Positions 22,547 to 33,905 of a stretch of 64,000 bases of DNA are shown piece after piece. Position numbers and translations under genes: made by a program. Source of the stretch: Diplonema japonicum (Eukaryota > Protista > Euglenozoa: Diplonemea). A model generated the notes under the pieces. It had not been told where the DNA came from, searched no databases, and saw only the letters and a program-made list of their open reading frames with translations. The stretch lies in contig OZ025710.1 of assembly GCA_964019335.1 (NCBI GenBank), positions 248,001 through 312,000 of the forward strand. Direction: 5' to 3'. Each line of letters starts with the position of its first letter. Position 1 is the first letter of the stretch.

Positions 22547-24707
22547 CCATTAAAGGACGGGGTTTTTTGGGCAAAAAAAAGGTCACCATCGACTTTTTTA
22601 TTTTCTCAAATTAAAACATCCTCGAGCATGCAACCATAGAACGATGCTTGTGTAAAAGAAAATACATCACCCAGGAGGGACAAAAAACACCCCCAGATGC
22701 CCCTCAAAGGCCCTGGGAAGTGAATAGAATAAGGAATTGAAGTGAAATTTATTGTAAAAACCCACCCATAGGTTAGACACTTCCTTACTTTTTTCGCTTG
22801 GGCCTCGGAGTGCTAGGGGGGGTTTTGCTTTTGGCAGATGACGACCTTTTGGAGACGCTGGTACCTTAGGCATTTCTTCAGTGTGGCCAGGCCTCCAGAG
22901 GGGGTAGATTGGGGTGGGTAAACCACTGGTTCGTGATAGTCCGCAAAGCAAGCTGGGCACAGATGCACGGTACAAGCCTTGCAGATGAAAGATAGTTTGC
23001 ACCCGAACCCCAAAACACGCATGTGGTGTGTGCATTGTCTTGCTGCATCCAGTTTTTTGGACCAGTGACCGTTGGTGAAGTCGCGCCTGGCATCTTCCCT
23101 GGGCCCCTCGGTCCCCATTTCAGAACGGGTGCTTGCTGGGCGGTTGTTTCCAGACTGGCGCATGACAGTCGAAAAGCTGTTGTCGCTCATCGCGAACTCG
23201 TTTTTGGGCCTGCCTGGGCCTACTTGTTTCTTCACTGGGGCAAGATGAGGTACATTCTGGCGATTTTTTTCGGATTGTTTCCACCATTGACTGGACTTTC
23301 CTCGGATTGTTTCCACCACAAACCCGATTCCCACATCTGTTGTACAAGGGTAACGCCAGTATAGAAGTTATCGATGCCGGGGTACAAGGGGAACGCTACC
23401 GATGCCGAGCCATCCACCAGGTGGACACGAATAGTGGCATCGACAAGTCACATGGGGTGCGCTTTCAGACTGAGCACGACGTTCATTTCATGTCAAGCAA
23501 GACGCAATTGAACACCGCAGGAGATATGGGAGAACGTTGTAAGAGCTTTCATTGTCGCGCTCGAGCTGCAGGACAAGAAGCTCGAAGCAGAGCTCCGCCG
23601 CCGAGACATTCTGGTCGCCATGTTGTCCTTTTTTGGCATCACAAGCATTGGTGCTTCTGCAGTGATCACGTGGTACGCCAATCCTGTACGCGAGTCAGGG
23701 CTCCCAAACACCAGCACCCCCCTACAATGACCTCGATCCTTCACCAAATGGGAAGGTAATATGCCAAGTGCTGAGATACCTCACATCGGGGTCCACAGTG
23801 CTGTGTTTGATTGCTATTTCACGCTTTGTCAATGGTATTAGCAAGGTCTTTACAGTAGATCGATAAGTTGAACACGACCCTGTCAGAGTCTGCCCGGTGC
23901 ACTGCCTCACCTGTCCTCTTTGCAGGCTGGAATACTCTGAAGCGATGTCTACCGTGTGACTTGATCATACTCTCATCAATGATCGATTCTCCGGGGGAAT
24001 AGTGTTGCAGACAGGTAGGGGAGTAAGAATCTTATTTTTTGCAACCTGTCTGTCTCTTCACCCCTCCAAAATGCAACGACCGCTGTAAGCGCAAAAGCAG
24101 TAACGTTTCATTACACTTGCCAAAAAAAGGTGTGGCTAGGGCACAAATGGTCGGCCAGTAATTTTTTATGCCAGCATTGCGGATGATGTCCATGAGCACC
24201 CACAAGGCCAGAAACTGATAGATATCGTCCACAGTCGGGGTTGTGGTACTTGCAAACGGTGCAAGAGATTTCACAAACCCCATTGAGATGAACAGCTTGG
24301 AAATCCTTGATGCACACATGTGGGAAAAGGGTGATTTCTGCCCCCCCCCCCCCCCCCCCCTGTGCCCTGTGCCCTGTCACTTCTTACGCGTAACCTGCGT
24401 AATATCGCTCTCCCAGGGCATATTTTCACTCTTCTCGTCACCACTGGCGCTAGGTGAGGTCCCATCGTCAGTGAGAATGTCCCCTTGGGCACTCCCGAAC
24501 TCGTCTGAATCAGTACCGCTCATATGAGCTTTCGTGCCTCCAAAAACTGGTTTCGAGGGTGTTTTTAGGGGCCAAAAGTGATTTTCGATGGAAAAGAAAT
24601 CGCGGAACTAGGTCATTCTGTGCAAGGGTAAGGGTCTATGGTACTTAAAATGCCTATACAAAAATTTTAATTGATCGCTAGATATCTAGTGCTTCGTCCT
24701 TTAATGG
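22547..24707 (-). mobile_element. piggyBac transposon with a degenerate (non-autonomous) transposase
   Basis: 13-bp TIR CCATTAAAGGACG / CGTCCTTTAATGG. TTAA on both sides (22543-22546, 24708-24711). Broken transposase pieces FLALWVLM..I..YW, IDESMI, DNFYT and a C-terminal Cys-rich CKACTVHLCPACFADYH. Confidence 0.92.
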
Positions 24708-24992
24708 TTAAAAGGTTAAAAAAAAAGAATTTGAAAGGTTGAGTCAAGTGTCCTCACCACATGCGAAGAAATCACTGTGATGCAGGACAGCACTCATTCG
24801 GTAAAGAACCGAAGAGTTTCATAAGAAGAAAGAGCAACAAAAAGAAGGTACTTTCCACATAAGATATAATAGAGAGGAAATAGAACATTGAATAATAAGT
24901 ATGTTTGTTTATAAATAACACAAGTTCCGCAAGGGCACATTTAAGGCAAGACAAGTTTTCTTTCTTTTAAACAATAAAAGGATGACAGAAAC

Positions 24993-26060
24993 TCAGCCAA
25001 TCCTGTAACCACTCCAGCTGCTAGCACTCCTCAAACACTGTGCGTACCACCTGCTCTGCTTGTAGCACCCTGCCCCGTTGGCACAACAGCTTGGTGCCTG
25101 CAGACAACTCCCCCACACTGGGATGGAGTACCTACAATTACCAGAGGAAGGAGGTGGGGTAGGAGGGCGGGTGGGAGGAGGTGTTGCAGGAGGCGGCATG
25201 TTCCCACCATTTCCATTTCCATTCCCGTTTCCGTTCCCAGGGACACACTGTGCGTACCACCTGTTCTGCACGTTGCATGTGGTCCCTGCCTCGCAGCAGT
25301 GCGTGGCACCGGTACAAGCGCCCCACACTCCAATCTTACGAGAGCACCCATTGTTCGAAGGGGGGTTGGGAACAGGTGGGTTGGGGACAGGTGGGTTGGG
25401 GACAGGTGGGTTGGGGACAGGTGGGTTGGGAACGGGTGGGTTAGGAACAGGTGGGTTGGGAACAGGTGGGTTTGGGTTGCCACCACCACCACCACCACCA
25501 CCACTGAACTCCAAGTCGATGGCGTTGTAGAAACTGGCAGCCGTGTCACCAACATCCCAGATGGCAAGGACGACATGGTAGCCTGACTTGGAGGGGAGGG
25601 TGCAGGAGTGTGTTGTCACCATCGGGGGCTGCACCATGTTGCCAGCCGCCGAACAAAAGGGTGCTCCCTCGAAGCTGCTCCTCGCAAGCGGTGCGTTCTG
25701 GTTCCACCCGTCCTTCGTGATGTAGTACCTCCAGTCCAAGGTGCGGTGGTTTGCAGTGAACTGCCAAGTGAAGTCCGTCCTCCCACCAGAAGCAGCTGTC
25801 TTCGCCCACCTCGAAGAGGTCTGAGCGTTCAGCGGTGCCCAGTTGGATTTCCCTGCACCGGCCAGCTGCCCATCTGGTGGTCCGCTGGCCGGGTACCTGT
25901 CCGGCCCCTCCACACTCTGAGGTTCATACTGCACACTCCCACAGTTGCTGTTCTGGCCTGTCTTGCACATATAAGGTCTTGAAGGCGGGCTCTTCACATA
26001 ACCATGGCTCTCCACACCAACTGCTGCGAGCAGCATTGGAAATGCCAAGCGACCCAACAT
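24993..26060 (-). CDS. AA10 LPMO-2xCBM1, copy C
   Basis: Same architecture; C-terminus LRSASSWSGYRIG; 3' UTR 24785-24992 identical to that of copy A. Confidence 0.92.
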   Translation of the reverse strand: MLGRLAFPMLLAAVGVESHGYVKSPPSRPYMCKTGQNSNCGSVQYEPQSVEGPDRYPASGPPDGQLAGAGKSNWAPLNAQTSSRWAKTAASGGRTDFTWQFTANHRTLDWRYYITKDGWNQNAPLARSSFEGAPFCSAAGNMVQPPMVTTHSCTLPSKSGYHVVLAIWDVGDTAASFYNAIDLEFSGGGGGGGGNPNPPVPNPPVPNPPVPNPPVPNPPVPNPPVPNPPVPNPPSNNGCSRKIGVWGACTGATHCCEAGTTCNVQNRWYAQCVPGNGNGNGNGNGGNMPPPATPPPTRPPTPPPSSGNCRYSIPVWGSCLQAPSCCANGAGCYKQSRWYAQCLRSASSWSGYRIG

Positions 26061-26332
26061 GTTAGTTGTGTAGTCAGTCAAGGGACTGCGAGGTGTGTGG
26101 TGAGGTCGAAGAGAAGTAAAAATAATGAAGTAACGATAAAAAAGAGGAGAACGGGAAATGAAGAGGAATACAGGTATTTTTTTCGGGGGGGGGAGGGTTT
26201 CTTAAAGTACGGAAGTACGCTATGTTGAAGGGTGCAGTGGTTTAATGTTCTTATTTACTTATTTAAATTCGGCCTTTCGGCTTACGAAAATGAAAATCTT
26301 AAAAACTGTACACTTTAATACTCTTACTTACT

Positions 26333-28229
26333 TTATTCCGTGATAAGCTTCCCTCTTGTCTGCTGTGATTGGATGGACTTTGCACGTTTGAGCTCCTCGC
26401 GCTCAGCCGCGATCTTGACCTCCTCCTGCTTGGAAAGGTGTGCACGGTACTCGACCATCTTGGAGCGCCTGGTGAGGTTTGCATCCTCGAGCTCCTCTGC
26501 CGGGTGGATGAAGTCGATGCCAGCCTTGATGAGGGCGTCCTCCGACGGTGCGAAGAGGGCCAGGGCAGAGGCCATCTTGTCCTTCAGCATCTCCAGCTCC
26601 TCCTCAATCTGGTTGCGGAGTTTGTACAGCTCCTTCTTCGCATCGGAGTGCTTCTTCGCGTTCGGGTCAAAGGTCTCGATCGAGAACTCCAACTGGATGT
26701 GTGTCGCCCTGATGTTCCTGTCGATGTCCTCCAGCTTCTTCTCCTTCTTGTAGACGAGCTGTCCCAGTGTCTTGTACAACCTCCTGAAAGCCTCCAGGTG
26801 CTCCTGGTGGATCTGCAGCCTCAGGTCTGTGAGCTCCTGGTTCGTCTTATCGTACCTGGCCTTGATGGCCGCGCACCCCTCCGCCACCAGCTCCTCGATG
26901 ATCCCAGTCGCCCTGATCGCCAGGTCGCAGTTGTACACCGTCAGCTCCAACAGCTTCTTGTGCTGCGACACCACGTCCAGGAACTGTTGGTACTCCACCT
27001 TCCTCTTCTCTTCCCTGTCGTTTTCCTCAATGCGGCGCTTCACTTCCTCAAACCTCTCAGTTCCTGTTGTGTGAGTGTGAGTGTGGGTGTGAGTGTGTAT
27101 TGTTGTCACATACCAAGCTTCTGAAGCTGCCTCTCCAGGTCTTGGATCTTCCTCCAACACTCATCCTGCTTCTCAAGGTTCTCCTTCAGGAACTTTTCAC
27201 TCTTGTCCTTCTGTGCTGCGAATCTCTTCATCGACTCTGCATCCTCCAAGTCCGCCTGTGGGTGGTGTGTGTGTGTGTGTGTGTTTTTTTTTCTTTTTTT
27301 TTTCTTTTTTCTTTTTCTTTTTTTGGAATTTATTTTTCTTCTTATATTGCGAGGAAGAAATCCCATACCTTTTGGATGGCATCGTGGACGTGTTTCAGGT
27401 CGTTCTCACACCTCTGCTTCAACCTCCTCTTCCCATCCTTCATGGCAGAGGTCTCTTGGAAGGCCTTCTTCTGCACCTCGTGGATCTTCGAGAACATCTT
27501 GTTCTCGTCGTCTGTCTGTCCGATGATCCTGAACTTGTCCCTCACGAGCTCCACGAGCCTCTCCAAGAGCTGTGCCTTGATGTAGAATTGCTCCTCTGCG
27601 ATCGACATCTCACCGTCCGCGAGGGCCACGTTCCTGATCTCCTTGCACTTCTCGATCGAGGCGAGCTGCTGCCGGATCTGCTCCTCGTTCCCCAGCAGAG
27701 CCGTCTGGATCACCGTCACGTTCATGCAGTCCTCCAAGTTCTTCAGGACGGACACGGGAACCTGCGCCAACTCCGTCGAGTCCAACTGGGAGCGGCGCAG
27801 CTCCTCCTCAACCTTCTCCAGCTTCGAGAGCCCGTTGTCGATGGTCCCCGTGAAGGACACGATGCGCGTCTTGTTCCTGTGCTGCTTCATGTCCTGCAAC
27901 ACCCTCTTCAGCGACAGGATGTCCATGAACTGCGGCTTGTCCTCCGGCTTGTACAGCTCCCGAACGCTCATCTCCAGCCCGCACACACGCATCAGCTTCT
28001 GGATGTCGTAGGCCGCTGTGAGGTTCCACTTCGTCCCGGACTCCACCGAGCACAGCAGCTGGCAACCCTTCTCGTGGGCACTCGACAGCTTCTGCTTCTG
28101 GTTCTCACTCCAGTCAGACACGTGCAGCTCCTGCACGTACTCCTCGTTCTCGAGGCATGCTGTCTTCAGCTTCAGGTTGTGGATCTTCTGCTTCCTCGCT
28201 GCCTCCAAAGTGACGTCGCTGGGCTCCAT
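26333..28229 (-). CDS. PFR2: Paraflagellar rod protein 2, copy B (exons 27369-28229, 27114-27255, 26333-27063)
   Basis: Near-identical to copy A at offset +10086, introns included; differs at RRSK/RRTK and in the last codons. Confidence 0.95.
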
Positions 28230-31200
28230 CGTGAGGTGTGTGGTGTGTGGTGTGAGAATGAGAGTCCTGCAGGAGTGTTATTTCAATAGGAATGAAGAAG
28301 GAAATAAACTGTCAGAGAAAAAAAAGACAAGAATTGGGTAAGAATAGAGGGGGGGGGGGGGGGGACTTAGAAACAAAAACAAAAAACAGTTTTCTCGCTA
28401 ATTTCTTTTTCCAAGAGGGGGGGGATTTATTTTTCCCTCCCCTTTTCGTTCTCTAATTTTTCCACACAAAAAAAAATTTTTTTCTTCCATTTTCGTTCAG
28501 TTAGGATCCTTTGTTTCATTTTTCGCGAGCATCATCCGCTCTAAAAATAAAGAAAAAGAAACTTCTACATCTCGGAACTTGCGTATTGTTACATTATAAA
28601 TATAGAGTAGAAATAAAAGGGGTAGGGGGGTGAGTGGAACAACAGGGGTATGTTTTGCAGTAATCATTGGAAGACAAGCCCAAGAAAAGAGCACAAGTAT
28701 TATTCTTGCGCTCACTTTTTTTTCTTCTTATTTTTTTTTAGCTTTTTTAAAGACAGCAAACAAAAAAAAGAGCATAGTTTCACAGTGGCTTTCCCCCCCC
28801 CTTTTTTTTTCCTTGTTACAATTATATTTCCAACAAGCATAAGGCGACTGCGGTTTCGTCGGCAGAGGTATAGAGAGGGTGTGAGGGAAAAAAAAAAGAA
28901 ACAAAAGAAGAAAGTCAGAATTAACCATCTGGGAGATTCTGCCCAAGCGGATGACATAGAGGAAAAAAAAGGGGGGGGGGATGTCTAGCTTCGATAGCTC
29001 TATCGAACTTTTGTAAGTTCAGCTAAAATGCTTTCCGTACTTGCATCACAGGCCTGGTTTGCCCATGGGCTGGAAAAAAGTGGAAGGCAAGGGTCCCCCC
29101 CCCTCAAAAATAAAAGGGTACAGGCGTCTGTTGACACCCTCTCCCCGATAAATTAAAAACTAAAAAAAAAAAAAAAAAAAAAAAAAAACGAGAGAGAAAG
29201 AAGAGAGGAAAAGGTCGAGCGAACTTTCAATGAACAACGTGGCCATATCACCAGTCAAATTTCTCGAAAGCTCGGTCTGGTAGAGAGGAACAGGGGCTAA
29301 GGAGGGGAAGTCTTAGTGCTTGTTCTTCTGTCTCACAAAAGGGGGGAAATAAAATCCTCGTTTCCTCCCATCTGTATGCGATACCCCCCTCAACTTTAAA
29401 AAAAAAAGGATTTTGGTTCTGTTCTATACACGTAAAAGAGATAAAAAAAAATTTTTTTTGGTCCGCTTTGAAAAGAAGAAAAGAGCTTTGGACCACTTTT
29501 TTTTTTTTTCCTTCGGAATACTTTTCAAGCGTCTTTGTTCGTGTAGCTAAAAAGCCTGTGTCCCCTTGGGTCCGCCTAAAGGACAGCAGGAAAAAAAAAA
29601 GGAAAAAAAAAAGAAGAAAATCGCAGAAGTTGGTGTCCTCTCTACCTTTTTTTTTTCTTTTTCCTCCATTTTTTTTTTTTTTGCTGCCTTTCCCTCCCCA
29701 CATTCTTTTTTTTTTCTTTCGTCCCCCATTCTCATTCCTCTCACAATGGCCTGAGCACGAGAAAAACACAGAATAGGGGAAAACAGAAAGAGGAAAAAGG
29801 AAGAAGGAACAGAAAGGGGGCCGGGGGGGGGGGGGGTGAAGAAAGAAAAAAATAGAGAAGAAAGAGTATAAAAAAAAAGAGTTTGGTATATAAAAAAAAA
29901 GAAAAAGCAACAGTGTGAACAAAACTTAACTTATTTTTTTTTTAAAGTGTGTGTGGGAGGGATCACCCCAATTAATTTTTAAAATGGTAATTTGAAGGCT
30001 GCCGGAGAACCATTGACGGGGAGAAAAACACATAAGGCAGCATGTAGGGCAGCATAGCCTTACAACCTTCGTACAACCGCCTTATCTAGTGTTTACCCTT
30101 TTTCGACCAAAAAAAAAGAAAAATACTGTAAAAGTGAAAAAAAATATCACAATTTGGATTGACAAATTCCCGGGAGAAAAACTCCGGGATTTGTCACTTG
30201 TCAGTCTGGGTACTTTTTTTTTTTTTTTTTTTTTCCAGTTCTACAACGATACAGGTAGGAAGCTCGTTCAGTTTTGTATTAAAAAAAAAAAAAAAAAACG
30301 AAAGAAAAATGAGGAAAATAAAAAAGGGGTCACCACTTCTTTTTCCCCTCCCCGCCTTTCCCCTTTTTCGCTTTTTTTCTTTTTTTTCTTCTTCCCTCAG
30401 GAATTTTCTACTATTGTTTCCATACCAGGGTGCTTTTGGAACTGTGTGTGTGTGTGTGAGCCCAATTAAGGACAATCAAGTAAATATTTTTTTGAGGAAG
30501 GAAGAAGAAAAGAAAAAGGAGTTGCTGTGGGGTAACTCTCGTCATCTTTATGGCCCAGTTCAGTACAGGGCTAAATTATGTATTCCCAAATGTGATCTTG
30601 GTCTTTTTCGGTATTTATTTCTTGGGTTCGCCTCCACTTTCCTCCATTTATCCAGGCAGGAGGGAATGGATCCTGAAAGTTGTTGTTTTTTTTTAAAAAG
30701 ACAAAAAAAAAAAGGGAGAAAAGTATTCGGGTGTTGTTGTGGGAGGGAATTTCCTTCTCTCTCCCCCACCGCCCATTTTTTTTTTCTTTTTTTCTTTCTC
30801 GTTTTTTTCTTCATTTTTCTTTCACTTTTTTTTTGTAAAAAGCAGTGAAGAAGCAATGGAGCGGACGCATCCACGGAAGATCTAATCTGATTTTACTTTT
30901 TTTTTTTTCCTCTTCATTCTTCTTTTTTTGCTTTTTTTTTTTTTAAACACCTGAAACAAACCCGCTGCTTTAGCCAAAAAAAACTAAACAAAAAAAACTG
31001 AAACGATATAAAAAAAAAAATAAAAAAACGGCAAAGATGAATCATAGAATTTGAACACATTACTTCCACAACAAGCGCACAGGGATGGGTTTCTTTTTTT
31101 TTTTCTCCCCACATTCCTACCCTCCCCAGCAAAAAAAAAAAAGTTTAGAGTATAAAAGAAAATCACCCCTCCAACTTCGTTGCAGTTGTTCCTTTGTTTA

Positions 31201-32027
31201 AAAAAGGTGTTGTAGACCTCAGAAAACACAAAATACAAGTGTTAAGATTTTTTTTTTCAAAGGCTTCAAAAAAAATTTTTTTAAAGAATAATATTTCCAT
31301 CGAATAATTGATAGACTCCGCGCAGCCTTGTCCCTTGTTTTAAAAGGTTCTCTTTATAGTTAAAAAAAGGAGGGAGGGAGGGGGGGCTTGATGGATAAAA
31401 GAGTTAACGTAAAAAAGAAAGATTCAGACATTTAAAACCAAAAGGCATAGAACCAAAAATACACGGGGGGGGGGGGGAGTTACACCGTAGCAGCGAACAC
31501 CCTTACATTAAAAGGGCACCCAATAAACCAAGGTTCTCTCCAGTATCGTTATCTCTTTTCTTCTCTTCTTTGTTTGATAGTTTGTTCGCTTTATTTATTT
31601 TTTTTGTTGGTTGAGCCAACCAAAAAGAAGGCTAAATCCGTTGTTCCAAGATAATTCTAAAAAAAGGGGGGGGGGAGGGGGGTATAAGAAGGAGGCAGAG
31701 TCAGCAACAGACCCTTCCTTCCTTTTTTTTTTTCTTTTTTTTTTTTCAAATCAGCTTTTTTATTTATTTTAAGGCCCTATATCTCTAGCACCCGTCAATC
31801 CTGGACTTGCACGAAGAGGCATGGTATAGAGAGAATTTGAGGAAAACCGTCGTAAAAAAAAAAAACTAAAAAAAATTATATAAAAAAATCATTTTCTTTC
31901 TTTTTTTTAAGTTCAGTTTGAATCCTTACCCAGCACACGTACAGAAGTCGTGTGTGTTTTCGGCTTTTTTTTTTTAATTCTCATTTTCTTCTTTCCCCAC
32001 CCCCCCCCCGTTCAACTACAACCTTTT

Positions 32028-33485
32028 TCAAGGACATTCACAGGTTTCAGTATTGTGGCTCCCTTGTACCTCTTTGCACCAGTCGTCGGCTTGAGATGTC
32101 CGGTGCATGAACAGGAGGTGGAGGACATCGCCCGAAAGAGCAGGAGTTTCCATTACTTCGCCTGGTTGAATGGTCTTAAAGTATGAAGTGAGCGGGTAGC
32201 TGGTGGTGGTAGTGGTAGAAAAGGTAGGGGCGCAAGACGAAGCACCCCAGCCCTGTCCCGTCAGGAGGTCTGAGTACTGTGCTGCCTCACCCGCACCCTC
32301 GCACGAGGAGCACTGATGGAAGGCAACATAGATCTCACACGGTGTCTGGTCGCATGTATCAGGGCAAAAAAACGAAAACACCGTCCCCTTCTGCACAGGC
32401 TGCACCCTTGGGATGTATCCTGTAGCATTCCTCGGCACCTTTTCCAGAGTCGCGGAGTGTGCCTCGTACCCCCACCCGTGTGCACCGGACACAAGGGGTG
32501 CCGGCTCTAAAGCCTGCTTCTCAGGCATCTGAGTTGCCTCCAAGACCGAAGACCCTTCGCAAGGAGTTACCTTAAGTACATAAAGCCCCTTAGCCCCGCC
32601 TGCTACGTAGGCAGTGCCCCCCACTACCGTCACATCGTACCCGTAGCAGCCTGATCCGAAACTGCTGACGAAGGACAGTGCGCTTGTGTTGGTGATGTCC
32701 AACACCTGGAGGCCGTCCTTCCCGTTGGCGACGTACAGGGTGGACCCCGTCACAAAGGTGCTCATCACAAAGCTTGAGGACTTCCATGTGTGCAGCAGGC
32801 GCGGTGCCTCAGCACGCTTCACATCGACAATGCTGACGCCGTTGTAATAGGACGCCACGTACGCAGTGTTGCCGTACAGTGTCAGGTGACGCGTGCTGCC
32901 GCCAAGGGCGATGCTCCCCAGCACCGTGCATCTGCTGGGGTCGGCAACATCGACCGTGACAAGGCCGCCTTGCCAGGTGCCTACATAAGCGATGCTCTTG
33001 TGGACGGTGACGTGCATTGCAAAGCCGTCTGTCTTCACGGAGCCGAGATGCGTGGGGTTCCTGATGGAGGCCAATGAGTAGAGGGCCAGGCCTTTGACCT
33101 CGTTCGCGATGTACAGTGTGGGGTACACGTAGTCGATGCCGTACGCCTTGAGAGGGATCCTTGCCAGTAGAATGGGGTTCCTCACGTTGCGGACATCCAC
33201 CACGTGGACACCGCTGGTGTCGTCTGCGAAGAGCATCACGCCCTCCTCTTCGGGCACGGGCACGATGCCGGACACGGTACCATTGGTACTGTACCTGCCG
33301 ACCACCTCTGCCCGCCCCTTCCCCGAGTGCATGAAGGCAACACCGTTCGAGTCAGCAACATACACCATCCCCCCACTCGCTACTACCTTCACTGCAGATC
33401 CATTCACCGCCTGATGCGACACCACATCACTGGAATATCCCTCCACGCACGCTACCAGCGTTGCAATGACAAAAACCCAGTGCAT
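32028..33485 (-). CDS. Secreted LVIVD-repeat beta-propeller protein with Cys-rich C-terminal domain
   Basis: Signal peptide MHWVFVIATLVACVEG. Repeats such as AYVGTWQGGLVTVDVADPS and LYVANGKDGLQVLDIT. Cys-rich tail CPDTC...CEIYVAFHQCSSC...GWGASSCAPTF. Intronless. Confidence 0.8.
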   Translation of the reverse strand: MHWVFVIATLVACVEGYSSDVVSHQAVNGSAVKVVASGGMVYVADSNGVAFMHSGKGRAEVVGRYSTNGTVSGIVPVPEEEGVMLFADDTSGVHVVDVRNVRNPILLARIPLKAYGIDYVYPTLYIANEVKGLALYSLASIRNPTHLGSVKTDGFAMHVTVHKSIAYVGTWQGGLVTVDVADPSRCTVLGSIALGGSTRHLTLYGNTAYVASYYNGVSIVDVKRAEAPRLLHTWKSSSFVMSTFVTGSTLYVANGKDGLQVLDITNTSALSFVSSFGSGCYGYDVTVVGGTAYVAGGAKGLYVLKVTPCEGSSVLEATQMPEKQALEPAPLVSGAHGWGYEAHSATLEKVPRNATGYIPRVQPVQKGTVFSFFCPDTCDQTPCEIYVAFHQCSSCEGAGEAAQYSDLLTGQGWGASSCAPTFSTTTTTSYPLTSYFKTIQPGEVMETPALSGDVLHLLFMHRTSQADDWCKEVQGSHNTETCECP

Positions 33486-33667
33486 CTTACCTGGACAGCT
33501 CAGAATTATGAGGAGAAGAGGGATGATGTAATATAAAGGGGGGAGGGGGGGGTATACTGTTTTGCCAAAAAGGTAAGCGAGGGTTTTCACAGTACACTTA
33601 ATCCAATCCTCCTCCCATTTCTTTTGTAAAAGGGGGAAAAGTGTTTTTTTTGGGGGGGGGATTACTG

Positions 33668-33870
33668 TCATTGTTTCTTGCCTTTTCCTTTGGATTTCCC
33701 TTTTTTCTCCACGGACCCACCGGGAGCAGAAGACTCGGGGAGGGACGCGTTTTCAAGAAGCTTGCCTGGTTCGAGTACTGACTGGAACAAGGGCTGGTTG
33801 ATGCAAAGATTGAACCACCGCATTAAATTGGGGTAAGGGCGAACGATGTCGTGGGTTAGGATGAACTGTT

Positions 33871-33905
<35 letters not shown>

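Noticed and set aside
18996-26060. Bacterial contamination as the source of the LPMO genes
   Set aside because: They sit between intron-containing PFR2 genes, carry eukaryotic CBM1-like modules and host-style flanks, and are interrupted by a piggyBac.
28497-29052. C/D box snoRNAs (TGATGC...CTGA on the minus strand at ~28497-28536 and ~29018-29052)
   Set aside because: The C boxes are imperfect, the spacing is very short, and I could not verify any rRNA complementarity.
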